Shown here: piece after piece, positions 10,022-20,800 of the stretch
Numbering within the stretch: the stretch's first letter is position 1
Layout of the letters: the number at the start of each line of letters is the position of its first letter
Assembly: GCA_042216675.1 (NCBI GenBank)
Contig: JBDGTS010000016.1
Coordinates: 1-64,000 of the forward strand
Source: Halobacteriaceae archaeon
GTDB lineage: Archaea; Halobacteriota; Halobacteria; Halobacteriales; Halobacteriaceae
Direction: 5' to 3'
Length of the DNA: 64,000 bases
Position numbers and translations under genes: made by a program
Notes under the pieces: generated by a model
Told to the model about the DNA's origin: nothing
The model's database searches: none
Seen by the model: the letters and a program-made list of their open reading frames with translations, nothing else

Positions 10022-11476
10022 ATGCGCGAGGTCTTCGAGGTGCGCGATCAGGACGGCGCCGGCCGGGTGGGGGAGTTGACGGTCCCGCGGGCCGACGCCA
10101 CCGTCCGCACCCCCGCTCTGTTGCCGGTCGTCAACCCTAATCTGCCGACCGTCGACCCCGGGCGCCTCCCGGAGTTCGGCGCGCAGGCGCTCATCACGAA
10201 CTCCTACATCATCCACGGCAACGAGGGCCTCCGAAGGCGGGCGCTCGACGAGGGCCTCCACGAGATGCTGGACTTCGACGGCCCCATCATGACCGACTCG
10301 GGGTCGTTCCAGTTGGCCGAGTACGGCGACATCGACGTGGACACGCCCGAAATCCTGCGCTTTCAGCGCGAGGTTGGCTCCGACATCGGGACACCGGTCG
10401 ACATCCCGACGCCGCCCGACGCCGACCGGCAGACGGCGGCCCGTGACCTGCGCGAGACGACGGACCGCCTCGCCGTGGCCGAGGAGACGGCCACCGGGGA
10501 GATGCTCGTCACCGCGCCGGTGCAGGGCTCGACCCACCCGGACCTCCGGACGGAGGCGGCCCGCGACGCCTACGCCACCGACCTCGACGTGTTCCCCGTC
10601 GGCGCGGTGGTGCCGATGCTCAACGACTACCGCTACGACGACGTGGTGGACGCCGTCGTCGCCGCAAAGCGCGGCCTCGGGGCGGACGCGCCGGTCCACC
10701 TGTTCGGTGCGGGGCATCCGATGATGTTCGCCCTCGCCGCGGCCGCCGGCTGTGACCTCTTCGACTCGGCGGCGTACGCGCTCTACGCTCGCGACGGCCG
10801 CTACCTCACGGTGCGGGGCACCAAGCACCTCGACGACCTCACCGAGTTCCCGTGTGCGTGTCCGGTCTGTGCGGCTCACAGCCCCGACGACCTGCGGGCC
10901 GCCGACGAGGACGAGCGCACGCGACTCCTCGCCGAACACAACCTCAACGCCTCCTTCGCCGAGATTCGGCGCGTGCGCGAGGCCATCGTCGAGGGCCGGC
11001 TCTTTGACCTCGTGGAGGCCCGCGCCCGCGGCCACCCCCGCCTCCTCGACGGCTACCGGGCGCTCCTCGACCACGCCGACTGGCTCGAATCGAGCGACCC
11101 CGCGAGCAAGGACGCCTTCTTCTACCTCTCGACGGAGAGCGCCCGCCGGCCCGAGGTGGTGCGCCACCACGAGCGACTGGCGCGCCTCGACCCGCCCGAG
11201 GCGCTCGTCCTCGACGCCACCGGCACGCGCGAGGACGCGTGGCCGGTCGTTCCGCCCTTCGGGCCCGTCTCGCCCGCCCTCCGAGAGACGTACCCCGTGA
11301 ACGCCGAGACGCCGCGACGGGTGGACGACGACGCCCGAGAGATGGCCGCGCGCGGCGTCGCCAGTCTCGCCGACGCGCACCCCGACGTGTCGCTGACGCT
11401 CGTCCACGACGGCTGGCCGACGCGGGCGCTCGCGGCCCTGCCGGACCGCGTGACCGTCGAAGAGCAAGATAGTTGA
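10022..11476 (+). CDS. tgtA: tRNA-guanine(15) transglycosylase (archaeosine pathway)
   Basis: [50 protein letters not shown] zinc site. Confidence 0.96.
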   Translation: MREVFEVRDQDGAGRVGELTVPRADATVRTPALLPVVNPNLPTVDPGRLPEFGAQALITNSYIIHGNEGLRRRALDEGLHEMLDFDGPIMTDSGSFQLAEYGDIDVDTPEILRFQREVGSDIGTPVDIPTPPDADRQTAARDLRETTDRLAVAEETATGEMLVTAPVQGSTHPDLRTEAARDAYATDLDVFPVGAVVPMLNDYRYDDVVDAVVAAKRGLGADAPVHLFGAGHPMMFALAAAAGCDLFDSAAYALYARDGRYLTVRGTKHLDDLTEFPCACPVCAAHSPDDLRAADEDERTRLLAEHNLNASFAEIRRVREAIVEGRLFDLVEARARGHPRLLDGYRALLDHADWLESSDPASKDAFFYLSTESARRPEVVRHHERLARLDPPEALVLDATGTREDAWPVVPPFGPVSPALRETYPVNAETPRRVDDDAREMAARGVASLADAHPDVSLTLVHDGWPTRALAALPDRVTVEEQDS

Positions 11477-11498
11477 ATCGCGGGGCGCTACCGGGGCC

Positions 11499-13250
11499 AT
11501 GACCGAGCACTTCGAGGTCCTGTCGCGGGACGGGGCCGCCCGCGTCGGCGACCTCCGCCTCGCGGACCCCGTGACGACGCCCGCCGTCGCGGACGACGTT
11601 CTGACGGACGCCGGGAGCCTCTGGACCGACGACCGCTCGCTTCCCGACGGCGACCCGGCGCGACTGACGGTCCTCCCGCACCGCGGCTTTCCCCGGGGGA
11701 CCGCCTCCGAAGTCGAGGACGCCTTCGCGCCGGACTACCCCGACGTCGACTTCCCCTCGGCGGCCGTCGTCACGCCCGACACGGCTGACGACTACGGCGC
11801 GGACGCGTACGTCCTCTCCGGGGCACCGGGCTTCGTCGGCCACGCCAGCGCGTTCGTCGACGCGGTCATCGAGACGCGACGGGCCATTCCGGACGACACC
11901 GCCCTCGTCCTCTCCGGCGTCGCGACGCCCGAGAACCTCCCCCTGTTGGTCTACGCCGGCGTGGACCTCGTGGACACCGACCGCGCCGTGATACGCGGGA
12001 CGCAGGGCCGCTATCTGACGACTGACGGCGAGACGCGACTAGGTGACTTAGACGAACTCCCGTGTCCCTGCCCGACCTGTACGGGCCGCGTCGCCGACTT
12101 CGACCGCGAGGACTGCGTGGACCACAACGTCAACGCCCTCCGCGCGGAACTCAGTCGCGTCCGCCAGCGCATCCGGGCGGGCACGCTCCGCGACTACCTC
12201 GAAGGCCAGAGCCGCTTTCAGCCGTGGCTCACGGCCGCCTTTCGCGGTTTCGACCAGCAGTGGGGCTACCTCGAAACCCGGACCCCCGTCTTCCGGTCGG
12301 CGACGATGGCCGCGACGACGGGCGACGCGATGCGGCGCGTCGAGATTCGGCGCTTCGCGGACCGAGTCACCTCGCGCTACCGCGCCCGCTTCTCGGACCG
12401 GCCGCTGCTCCTCGTTCCGTGTTCGGCCGGCAAGCCCTACGGCGAGTCCAAGAGCCACTCGCGCTTTCAGGACGCCGCGAACTACCGCGCGCACAAGGTG
12501 TCGCTTACGTCCCCCATCGGCGTCGTGCCACGCGAACTCGAACTCACCTACCCGGCCCAGCACTACGACAGCGCCGTGACCGGGCGCTGGGACGCCGAGG
12601 AGATTCGTTTCGTCGCCGACGTGCTCTCCCGCTACCTCGACCGGACGGACTACCCCCGAATCGTCGCGCACGTCCCCGACGAGGGCTACCGGCAGGTGAT
12701 AGAGCGTGCGACGGCCGACCGGGACGTCCCCCTCGAGTTCACCGTCGATGGCCACCCCACCGACGCCGACTCGCTGGCGAACCTCGCGGGAGCGCTGGAG
12801 GGTGAGCGCTCGATTCGCGTCTCCGAGAACGAACGCGCGACGGTCCGGGCCGTCGCCGACTACCAGTTCGGCGCGGGCGCGGGCGACGAATTGTTCCCCG
12901 ACTTCGAGACACAGGGTCGCCATCCGAAACAGCGCGTCCACGTCGACGGCGAGCAGATGGCGGCGCTGGTGCCCGAGTACGGCGTTCTCGCGCTCACACT
13001 CCCCGGCGCGCGGCGGTGGGTCGACAGCGACGTGCCGACCCGCCGCGTCGAAATCGACGACTTCGTGCCACAGGGCTCGGTCCTCGCGCCGGGCGTCGTC
13101 GACGCCGACGCCGACATCCGCCCGGGCGACGAGGTGGTCATCGAGGGGCCGAGCGCGTTCGGCATCGGCCGTGCGACGGCCCACGGCGAGGCGATGGTGG
13201 AGAGCAGCCGCGGCGTCGTCGTCACGCCACGGCACGTCGACACGGTGTGA
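11499..13250 (+). CDS. arcS: Archaeosine synthase subunit alpha
   Basis: TGT-like N-terminus, CPCPTC, LVPCSAGKPY..SKSH, TSPIGVVPRELE..YPAQHYD, C-terminal PUA domain. Confidence 0.95.
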   Translation: MTEHFEVLSRDGAARVGDLRLADPVTTPAVADDVLTDAGSLWTDDRSLPDGDPARLTVLPHRGFPRGTASEVEDAFAPDYPDVDFPSAAVVTPDTADDYGADAYVLSGAPGFVGHASAFVDAVIETRRAIPDDTALVLSGVATPENLPLLVYAGVDLVDTDRAVIRGTQGRYLTTDGETRLGDLDELPCPCPTCTGRVADFDREDCVDHNVNALRAELSRVRQRIRAGTLRDYLEGQSRFQPWLTAAFRGFDQQWGYLETRTPVFRSATMAATTGDAMRRVEIRRFADRVTSRYRARFSDRPLLLVPCSAGKPYGESKSHSRFQDAANYRAHKVSLTSPIGVVPRELELTYPAQHYDSAVTGRWDAEEIRFVADVLSRYLDRTDYPRIVAHVPDEGYRQVIERATADRDVPLEFTVDGHPTDADSLANLAGALEGERSIRVSENERATVRAVADYQFGAGAGDELFPDFETQGRHPKQRVHVDGEQMAALVPEYGVLALTLPGARRWVDSDVPTRRVEIDDFVPQGSVLAPGVVDADADIRPGDEVVIEGPSAFGIGRATAHGEAMVESSRGVVVTPRHVDTV

Positions 13251-13347
13251 CGGATTCGACAGTAGACGCCCGCTCTCGGGTTATTTCTCCTCTTCCCCAC
13301 ATTTATGGGGCTGGATGCTACTATGGTGACATGTAGTGGATTCAACT

Positions 13348-13596
13348 ATGTCCGGGACGGATTCGGGGTCGGTGGCAGTCTCTGAAGACGAGTGCGAGTG
13401 GGTCATCGCGAAGTCGTTACTGGACGCGACCAGTCGAAGCATCACGGCGATGGAGCACCACGCTCGGTACGCGTTCTATCACGAGTCGGACCCTGATACC
13501 GACGAGATTCGAAGCCACTTGGAGCAGGCGAAGGTACAGCACGAGCGAATCCTCGAGGACCTCGACGCGGCCATCGAGGCCCTCGACGAAGTGTAG
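13348..13596 (+). CDS. Hypothetical small helical protein
   Basis: 82-aa acidic ORF with a coiled-coil-like C-terminus; start could also be GTG 13336. Confidence 0.6.
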   Translation: MSGTDSGSVAVSEDECEWVIAKSLLDATSRSITAMEHHARYAFYHESDPDTDEIRSHLEQAKVQHERILEDLDAAIEALDEV

Positions 13597-13715
13597 TCCC
13601 CGCACTCGACTTTGTTCGAGATGGTCATGCATCATCAGAACATACCGTTCGGATATACTAACGTTTGGATAAGAGTTCCGTGAAATATATATGTAGAAAC
13701 GCTCTCCATTCGATA

Positions 13716-14009
13716 ATGCGGTTGGTCGTCCCGACGGACTTCGAGATACTCGAAGCCCTCGCCGAGGGTGGTCGCAACAACGCGGCCAACCTCGCCTACG
13801 AACTCGACCGGGACCGTTCCTACATCAACACGCGGCTCCCGATCCTCGCCGACTACGATCTCGTGGAGCGCATCGGTCCCGCGCCCAACAGTGGGCTGTA
13901 CGAAATCACCGCTCGGGGCGAACGCGCCGTCGAACACCGCGACGTGTACCCCGAGGACGAGTCCGAGTTCGAGGCCCTGCTCGAAGGGTCGAACAGCGCG
14001 TCTCGCTGA
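13716..14009 (+). CDS. Winged-helix HTH regulator (phiH1-repressor-like/MarR-like)
   Basis: TDFEILEAL..RNNAANLAYELDRDRSYINTRL..L..Y.LVERIG...GLYEIT.RG; AT-rich TATA-like sequence at 13683-13692. Confidence 0.85.
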   Translation: MRLVVPTDFEILEALAEGGRNNAANLAYELDRDRSYINTRLPILADYDLVERIGPAPNSGLYEITARGERAVEHRDVYPEDESEFEALLEGSNSASR

Positions 14010-14182
14010 CCGACGACTCTGTTCTGCCGTCCTCGTGCCGCGATAGGACTCTCTGCCCCGGAAACGTACTGTCGGACTGTACCGATAGCAGCCGCCCGTG
14101 CGACTCGGTGAGTCGACGGATTTCGACGTCCGCCGGTTTCTCGCGGACCGCGGCCGCCACGGCCGTCACCGTCCCTGCGGGC

Positions 14183-14260
14183 CTCGCGGAGCGGGTCGGT
14201 CCCGCGCCGAACAGTGGGCTGTATGAAATCACTGAGCGTGGCGAGCGCGCACTCGAAATC
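14183..14260 (+). pseudogene. Fragment duplicating the 3' wing of the upstream wHTH gene
   Basis: Encodes LAERVGPAPNSGLYEITERGERALE versus LVERIGPAPNSGLYEITARGERAVE (about 13860-13934); no homologous N-terminus. Confidence 0.75.
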
Positions 14261-14475
14261 TGTACGCGCGCGACGAGGCCGCGTTCGAGGCGCGCGTCGA
14301 CTCCGCCGAGTGACGACTCGTCAGTTCGCAGACGGTACTGTTTTGAGTTCGGGATATACTACTGGTAGATACAGGGTGTGACCGCTGGGGTTCGACGCCG
14401 TCGCGACAGTGGCGACACTCGCCTGCATGCCGTCGATCCCGGTTCGAGTCCGTTCTACTCACCTCTGCAACCGTA

Positions 14476-14507
14476 TACCGATAGCACATACTGTCGGTAG
14501 ATATAAG
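14476..14507 (+). promoter_or_regulatory. Imperfect palindrome (candidate operator) abutting a TATA-like box
   Basis: TACCGATAGCA-CA-TACTGTCGGTA followed by GATATAAG, upstream of the RHH gene and the giant surface protein. Confidence 0.5.
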
Positions 14508-14595
14508 TGCCACTGGACTGATTGCTCCGAGTAGAGTGGCGCGACCGAACAGCCACTCACTCAACCAGAATCACCGCACGGCACGGAACCGATAG

Positions 14596-14760
14596 ATGAC
14601 AGCTAACACCGGCGACGGCGACGACCCGCAGACTCGCACCACCATCGAGGTCGACCGACAGGTGTGGCGAGAGCTCCGGTCGGACGCCGTCGCGGACGGC
14701 CTGACGGTGTCGGAGCAACTCGAGCGCGTGCTCGAGGACTACTACGACGTTGACGACTGA
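14596..14760 (+). CDS. Small ribbon-helix-helix (CopG-like) protein, 54 aa, absent from the ORF track
   Basis: MTANTGDGDDPQTRTTIEVDRQVWRELRSDAVADGLTVSEQLERVLEDYYDVDD: beta-ribbon RTTIEV, helix, G-x-T-x-S-E turn, helix. Confidence 0.75.
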   Translation: MTANTGDGDDPQTRTTIEVDRQVWRELRSDAVADGLTVSEQLERVLEDYYDVDD

Positions 14761-14866
14761 GTCGGCGCGATCCAAAACACATGACAGCGACACACGACGA
14801 CGCGCGGCGCGGCGGTACAGTGCGCCAACCGAGCAGCGACTCGATTATGGAGGATATACACCACGC

Positions 14867-17800
14867 ATGACGGACAGAAGCGACCAACTCCGCGGCCTGT
14901 TCCTCGCGGCGCTGATGGTGGTCTCCGTTGCAGGGGGGTCCATCGCGTTCGCGGGGACGGCGGCGGCGGCACAGGAAGCGAGCGTAGCCGATAATACCTC
15001 TGGCGGATATATCGGGCCGAGTTCAAGTCAGACAGTAGCTCAGACCTTCACGATCAGCGATCCCGCGAGTGGAAGCGGAGGTGACGGTAAGGGCGTCGCT
15101 GTCGATTATGTGACCGTTACTAATGACGGTACGTTGTCCGCGTCCGGAATCTCGTCTATCTCTGTGTGGATGGACGGGGGAAGCGCTGGCTTCCAGGGCT
15201 CTGGAACGGACACGCAAGTTGGATCCGCTAAAACGAGCACATCGGGTCTCAATAGCGGTGGTCTGATCTTCGGGAGTAATGATGGCGCTACGGCCGTCAC
15301 GGCACCATCGGGCCAGGATACTGACTTCTTCGTCGTCGTGCAGACGGCGGGAGAGAGTTCCCTTTCTGATGGTGCGACCATCAGCACCACCTCATCCGTG
15401 ACTGTTGATAGTGATGCAACCACTTCCACGCTGTCGGGAGACGGAACCGTTTCTGCCTCGTCTCCTACGACGGTTGACCTCGCCCCGTCCATCACGGGCG
15501 CGACCATCACGTCCTCGTCAAGTTCCGGCGATGCACAGGGCTACACGACCGACGAGACCATCACCGTCGACGTCACGTACAGTGAAGCCGTGGCTGTCGA
15601 CACGAGTAGCGGTATCCCGACGCTCGACCTCGGCCCGGTCAGCGCCTCATACGCGAGTGGATCCGGGAGCGACACGCTCCAGTTCAGCTACACCGTTCAG
15701 AGCGGTGACTCCGGAACCATCTCGCTCGGGGACATCACGCTGAACAGCGGGACGATTACGGACAACGACCAACAGAGCAAAGCCGCCGGTCTCGCGGCGT
15801 CGAGTCAGAGTCTCCAGTCTGCGTACATCGACACCAATAGCCTCTCGGTGAGTATCGGTTCGCCCAGCGACGGCGCGGACCTCGCGTCCCATCCGACTAT
15901 CTCCGGCACGGCTTCGGACGACAACAGCGTGTCGTCGGTCGAAGTGTCGATCCAGAACTCCAACGGTAACTACTGGGACGGCACTTCGTGGGTCAATAGC
16001 CAGACGTGGCTCACCGCGACCGGCACCACTGACTGGAGCTTCGACACGGCCAACGCCGGTATCTCCAGCGACGACACGTACACGGTCACCGCACGCGCGA
16101 CGGACTCGGCCGGGAACACGCAGACCTCGCCTTCGGTGACCTACACGGTCGACACGACCCGTCCCTCGGCGAACATCGACAGTCCGACCGGAAGCTCGTT
16201 CGTGACCGTCCAGAGCGGTGGGTCAGTCACGGTCCAGTACGATGCATCGGACGCTGGGTCGTCTGTTTCGGACGTCACGGTCCGAATCACCGATGGAAAC
16301 GGGAACACGGTCGTCGAGAAGACCGGCCTTTCCGGCGGTACTGACGCATCGACGACCTTGTCGATTCCGAGCCCGCAGGCTGACGGCTCCTACAACGTCG
16401 AACTGGTCGTCACGGACGGCGCCGGGAACACCGACACGGTCACTGAATCCGGCGCTGTCGTCGTCGACGACGTCGTGTCCGGTGTTTCGGTAGGTGACTC
16501 AGTCGTTCAGCCCAGTGCGACGCTTTCGGTGACTGGCACGGCTGACACCGCCGAGGACGTTACGTTCCGGCTCACGGACTCCAACGGCGACACTGCGACC
16601 GTCACCAAGACCATTAGCTCGACCAGCTACTCGGTCAGCATCGACCTGAGTAGCCTCACCTTCTCGGGTGATGGTCTGAGCGATGGGTCGGTGACGCTCG
16701 CGGCCGAGCAGGACTCCGGAGCGTCGTTCAGTAGCGAAGCGAGTACGTCGTTCACTGTCGACTCGAACAGCCTCTCGGTGAGCATCGGCTCGCCCAGCGA
16801 CGACGCACTCCTCACGTCCCACCCGACAGTCTCCGGGACGGCTTCGGACGACAACAGCGTTTCGTCGGTCGAAGTGTCGATCCAGAACTCTAATGGAAAC
16901 TACTGGGACGGCAATTCGTGGGTCAATAGCCAGACGTGGGTCGCCGCATCTGGTACGACTAGCTGGAGTTTCGACACGGCCAACGCCGGTATCTCCAGCG
17001 ACGACACGTACACGGTCACCGCACGCGCGACGGACTCGGCCGGGAACATGCAGACCTCGTCTTCGGTGACCTACACGGTCGACACGACCGCGCCCACTGT
17101 CGATAGCGCCGTCACTGCCGACACGAACGACGATGGCGCCGTCGAAACGATCGACGTCACCTTTAGCGAGCCCATCGACGACTCCACGTCTACGCTCGGC
17201 GCCTCGACGTTCGGCCTGACCAGCGGGACCATCGAATCCGTCGACACGGGCGCGTCCGCTGACGACGCGAAGGCCACGATCACGGTGTCCGGGCTGTCCA
17301 GCACCGGCGTCACGCCCGACGTGACGCTCAAGGCCGGCACCGTGAAGGACGCGGCCGGTAACAGTCTGAGTTCTGATCAGGCGCCCGTCACGCCGTCCGA
17401 CGGTGCGGAGCCGGTCATCACCGCCTCCAGCGCGACCGTCAACGACAACGGCGACATCGACGTGTCCTTCACTGCGAGCGAGACGCTGAGCGGCGGTGAA
17501 TTCAGCGCCTCGCCCGCTGTGGGGACCGTGTCGGTCCAGTTCAGCGACCTGACTGAGAGCGGCACCGAGTACACCTACACGCACACGCCGAGCTACGAAG
17601 GCACGTACTCCTTCACGCTCGCGAACCCCACGGACGGCTCCAACGCCGCCACCTCGTCGGTGACGGTCAGCGCCGTCAAGGGCGACGTCGAGAGCGGGAA
17701 CATCACTGCGACGCCGAACGGCAAGAGCCAGCAGGCGGTCCACTCGGTGAACATCACCGTCGCGCAGTCCGTGGACGCCCAGACGTACGAAATCGTCTAC

Positions 17801-20800
17801 TCGAACACGGACATCAGCGACGTCGACAACGACGACATCCGCGCGCTCGGCATCGACGCGAACGGTGACGGCGACGTCACCGACGCCGGCGACACGAACT
17901 TCCTCGACAGCGGGTCGCCCGCGAGCGGGCTGAATCAGGTCAGCGGCGGCTCGAACGGCCACGTCCTGACGCTGGACACCAGTAGCTCCGCGCAGGTCGA
18001 GGCCGGCGAAACGATCTACATCGAGTACGGCAACGTCACGAACCCGAGCAGTTCGGGCCCCCGCGACGTGACCATCCGCGTGAACCCCAGCACGCCCGCC
18101 GTCGAGTTCGCGCGTCCGCTGTCCATCGGCGCTGACGTGCCGAGCGTGACGCAGGTCACGCTGGACGGCACGCCGGTGACGAACGGTCCGCTCGGTCCCA
18201 GCGCCAACGGCACTGACGTGCCGGTCGTGATCGAGTTCTCCGAGGCGATGGATACGAGCGTCGCGCCGAGTGCGACCCTCACCGTCGCCGGTCAGGAAGT
18301 CGCACTGAACAACGGGACGTTCTTCGACGGGGCCACCGCGTGGAAGGCTGACGCGGACGTCAGCGTCGAGAACGCCGAGGTCGACGCCTCCGTCTCCGTC
18401 ACCGACGCGGTGGACGCCGACGACGGCAACCACCTCGCCAGCGACTACGACGAGACGGTCGAAATCGACACGGCGCCGCTCGGCATCAAGTCGGCGAACA
18501 CCGTCGCCGGCGCCGACAGCGCGCACGACGCGACGACGGACACCCACGCGGTCGAGGTGACGTTCAACGACAGCGTGAGCGCTACGTCGCTCGCGACGAG
18601 CGACTTCGCGCTGAGTACCGGGAGCGTCCACTCGCTCACCGGCGACACGGACGGCGACGAGACCGTGACGCTCGTCCTCTCCAGTGACGTCGCGCCCGAC
18701 GCGACGCCGACCGTGAGCATCGCGGCCGAACAGACGGTCACGGACGACGCCGGGAACGCGAACGCCACCGGCGCCTCCGTGACGGCGACGGACGCCGTCG
18801 CGCCCGACGCGACCGTGAAGACCGAAGTCAGCGGCGATCAGGTCACGGTCTACGTCGACGCCGACGAGGCACTCGCCTCCGACACCATCGAGGTGAACCT
18901 CACCCTCACCGAGAAGCAGACCGTCGTTGCGACTGTGAGCGGCTTCACGGCGGTCAGCGGTGACTCGTCGAACTACACCGCGACTGCGACCGTCGCGGAC
19001 GGCTACTACACGGCGAAACTCGTGGCCGCCGAGGACGCGAACGGCAACGCAGTCCCCGACACGCCGACCGCGTCCGCGCTGGTCGACACGTCCGCGCCGA
19101 CGTTCTCGCTCGCACAGCCGAGCGCGGACCTCGTCGCGAGCGTCACGAAAGACAAGATCAAAGTCGACATCGCCGACGCGACCGGCGTCGACGCGTCGAC
19201 TGTCTACGCGACCGTCTCCGACTCCGAGGGGACGGCGATCGAACGGACGCGCGCAGCGGCCGTGGACACCGACGCGGTGTCCTTCGCCGAGGGGACGCTC
19301 ACCATCGACGTCAGTGGCGTCGACCTTGCGGACGGCACGGTCGACGTCGCCGTGGAAGCGGCGGACGCGGCCGGCCGGTCCAACAGCACGACGCTGTCCT
19401 TCGAACTGGACTCCAGCGCGGCGTCCGGGCTGACGATCAAGGCGCCGACGGAGTCGCTGAACCTCACGTCCAGCGACACCCTCGACGTCGCCTACAACTA
19501 CAGCGACACGAACCCGCAGGACGTGACCGTCAAACTCGTTGACGGCGGGACGACCTACACCTACGCCGTCAACGACAGCCAGTACGCTGACGACGGCGCT
19601 CGCAAGTCCCTGACGATCGACCTCGACGCGTTATCCGACGGTGAACTCATCGGCCCCAACCTCGCCGACGGCACCTACAAGGTCGTTGTCGAGGTCACGG
19701 ACTCCGCCGACAACCTCGTCACCGCCGAGACGGCCGCACTCGTCACGGTCGACGACACCGCTCCCGCAGTCGAGAACTGGAACGTCGTCGACACGAGCGA
19801 CGCGCAGACCAACGTCTCGGTCGACGTCTCGGACGCGACGTCCGGCGTCGACGCGAGTAGCATCGCGCTGACTGTCGACGACGCCGACAGCACGACGACC
19901 TACACGCTCTCCGATGCGGGCCTCCAGTACGAGGACGGAACCCTCACCTTCGTGCCCGCGGAGGCCGGCGTGTCCTTCGCTGATGGTGACGTCACGTTCG
20001 ACGTCGCCGTCGAGGACAACTCCGGCAATCACAACAGCGCTGAAACGACCGTGACGATCAACGACGCCGCCCCGACCATCGACCGCGTCGAGGCCGAGGC
20101 CGGCGAGAACGTCGTCACGGTCCACTTCAGCGAGGACGTGACGGCCGCCGACGGCACGATTTCGGCGGACGACTTCGCGTACACCGACGTGAGCGGCGAC
20201 GGCGCCGTGGAAATCACGTCGGTCACGCCGGTCGACCTCGGTGCCGACAGCTACACCAATAAGGTCGAACTGACTCTCGACGCGCCCGTCGCGACGAGCG
20301 ACCTCGGCGCGGACGAGGTCAACGCCCGTCAGGCCGCACTCGTCGACCGCGAGAAGAAAAACGTCAAGTCCACGGACGCCGCCACGGTGGCGCTCACGGA
20401 CACCTCCGATCCGGCAGCGCCCGCCGTGTCGGCTGGCACGATCACCGCTGACGCGGCCGGGAGCTACACCGTCGAACTCACGTTCGAGAACCCGGCGAGC
20501 GTCTCCACGGTCGACGTGGCCGTCACGGACGGCTCCACCACGGTTTCCGAAGCGGGCGTCACCGTCGACCAGTCCACCGAGACGGTCACGCTCGACGTGA
20601 CGAGCCTGTCCGACGGACAGGTCGACGTCACGGTGACCGCTCACGACGCGGGCGTCGAGCGATCGACGCAGACCACGGTCGAAGACGTCACGAAGGACAC
20701 GCAGCGTCCGACGCTGACGGTCACCGGCAACGCTGGCTCCAGCTGGCTCGAACTCCAGTTCAGCGAGCCCGTCTCCGGTGCTGGCGACCTCGGCAACTAC

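Noticed and set aside
13716-14009. phiH1-repressor-like gene as evidence of a prophage
   Set aside because: No capsid, terminase, integrase or replication genes nearby; the context is cell-surface genes.
14750-14866. Upstream TTG start for the giant protein
   Set aside because: The signal peptide begins at ATG 14867 with a GGAGG upstream; the extension overlaps the RHH gene.
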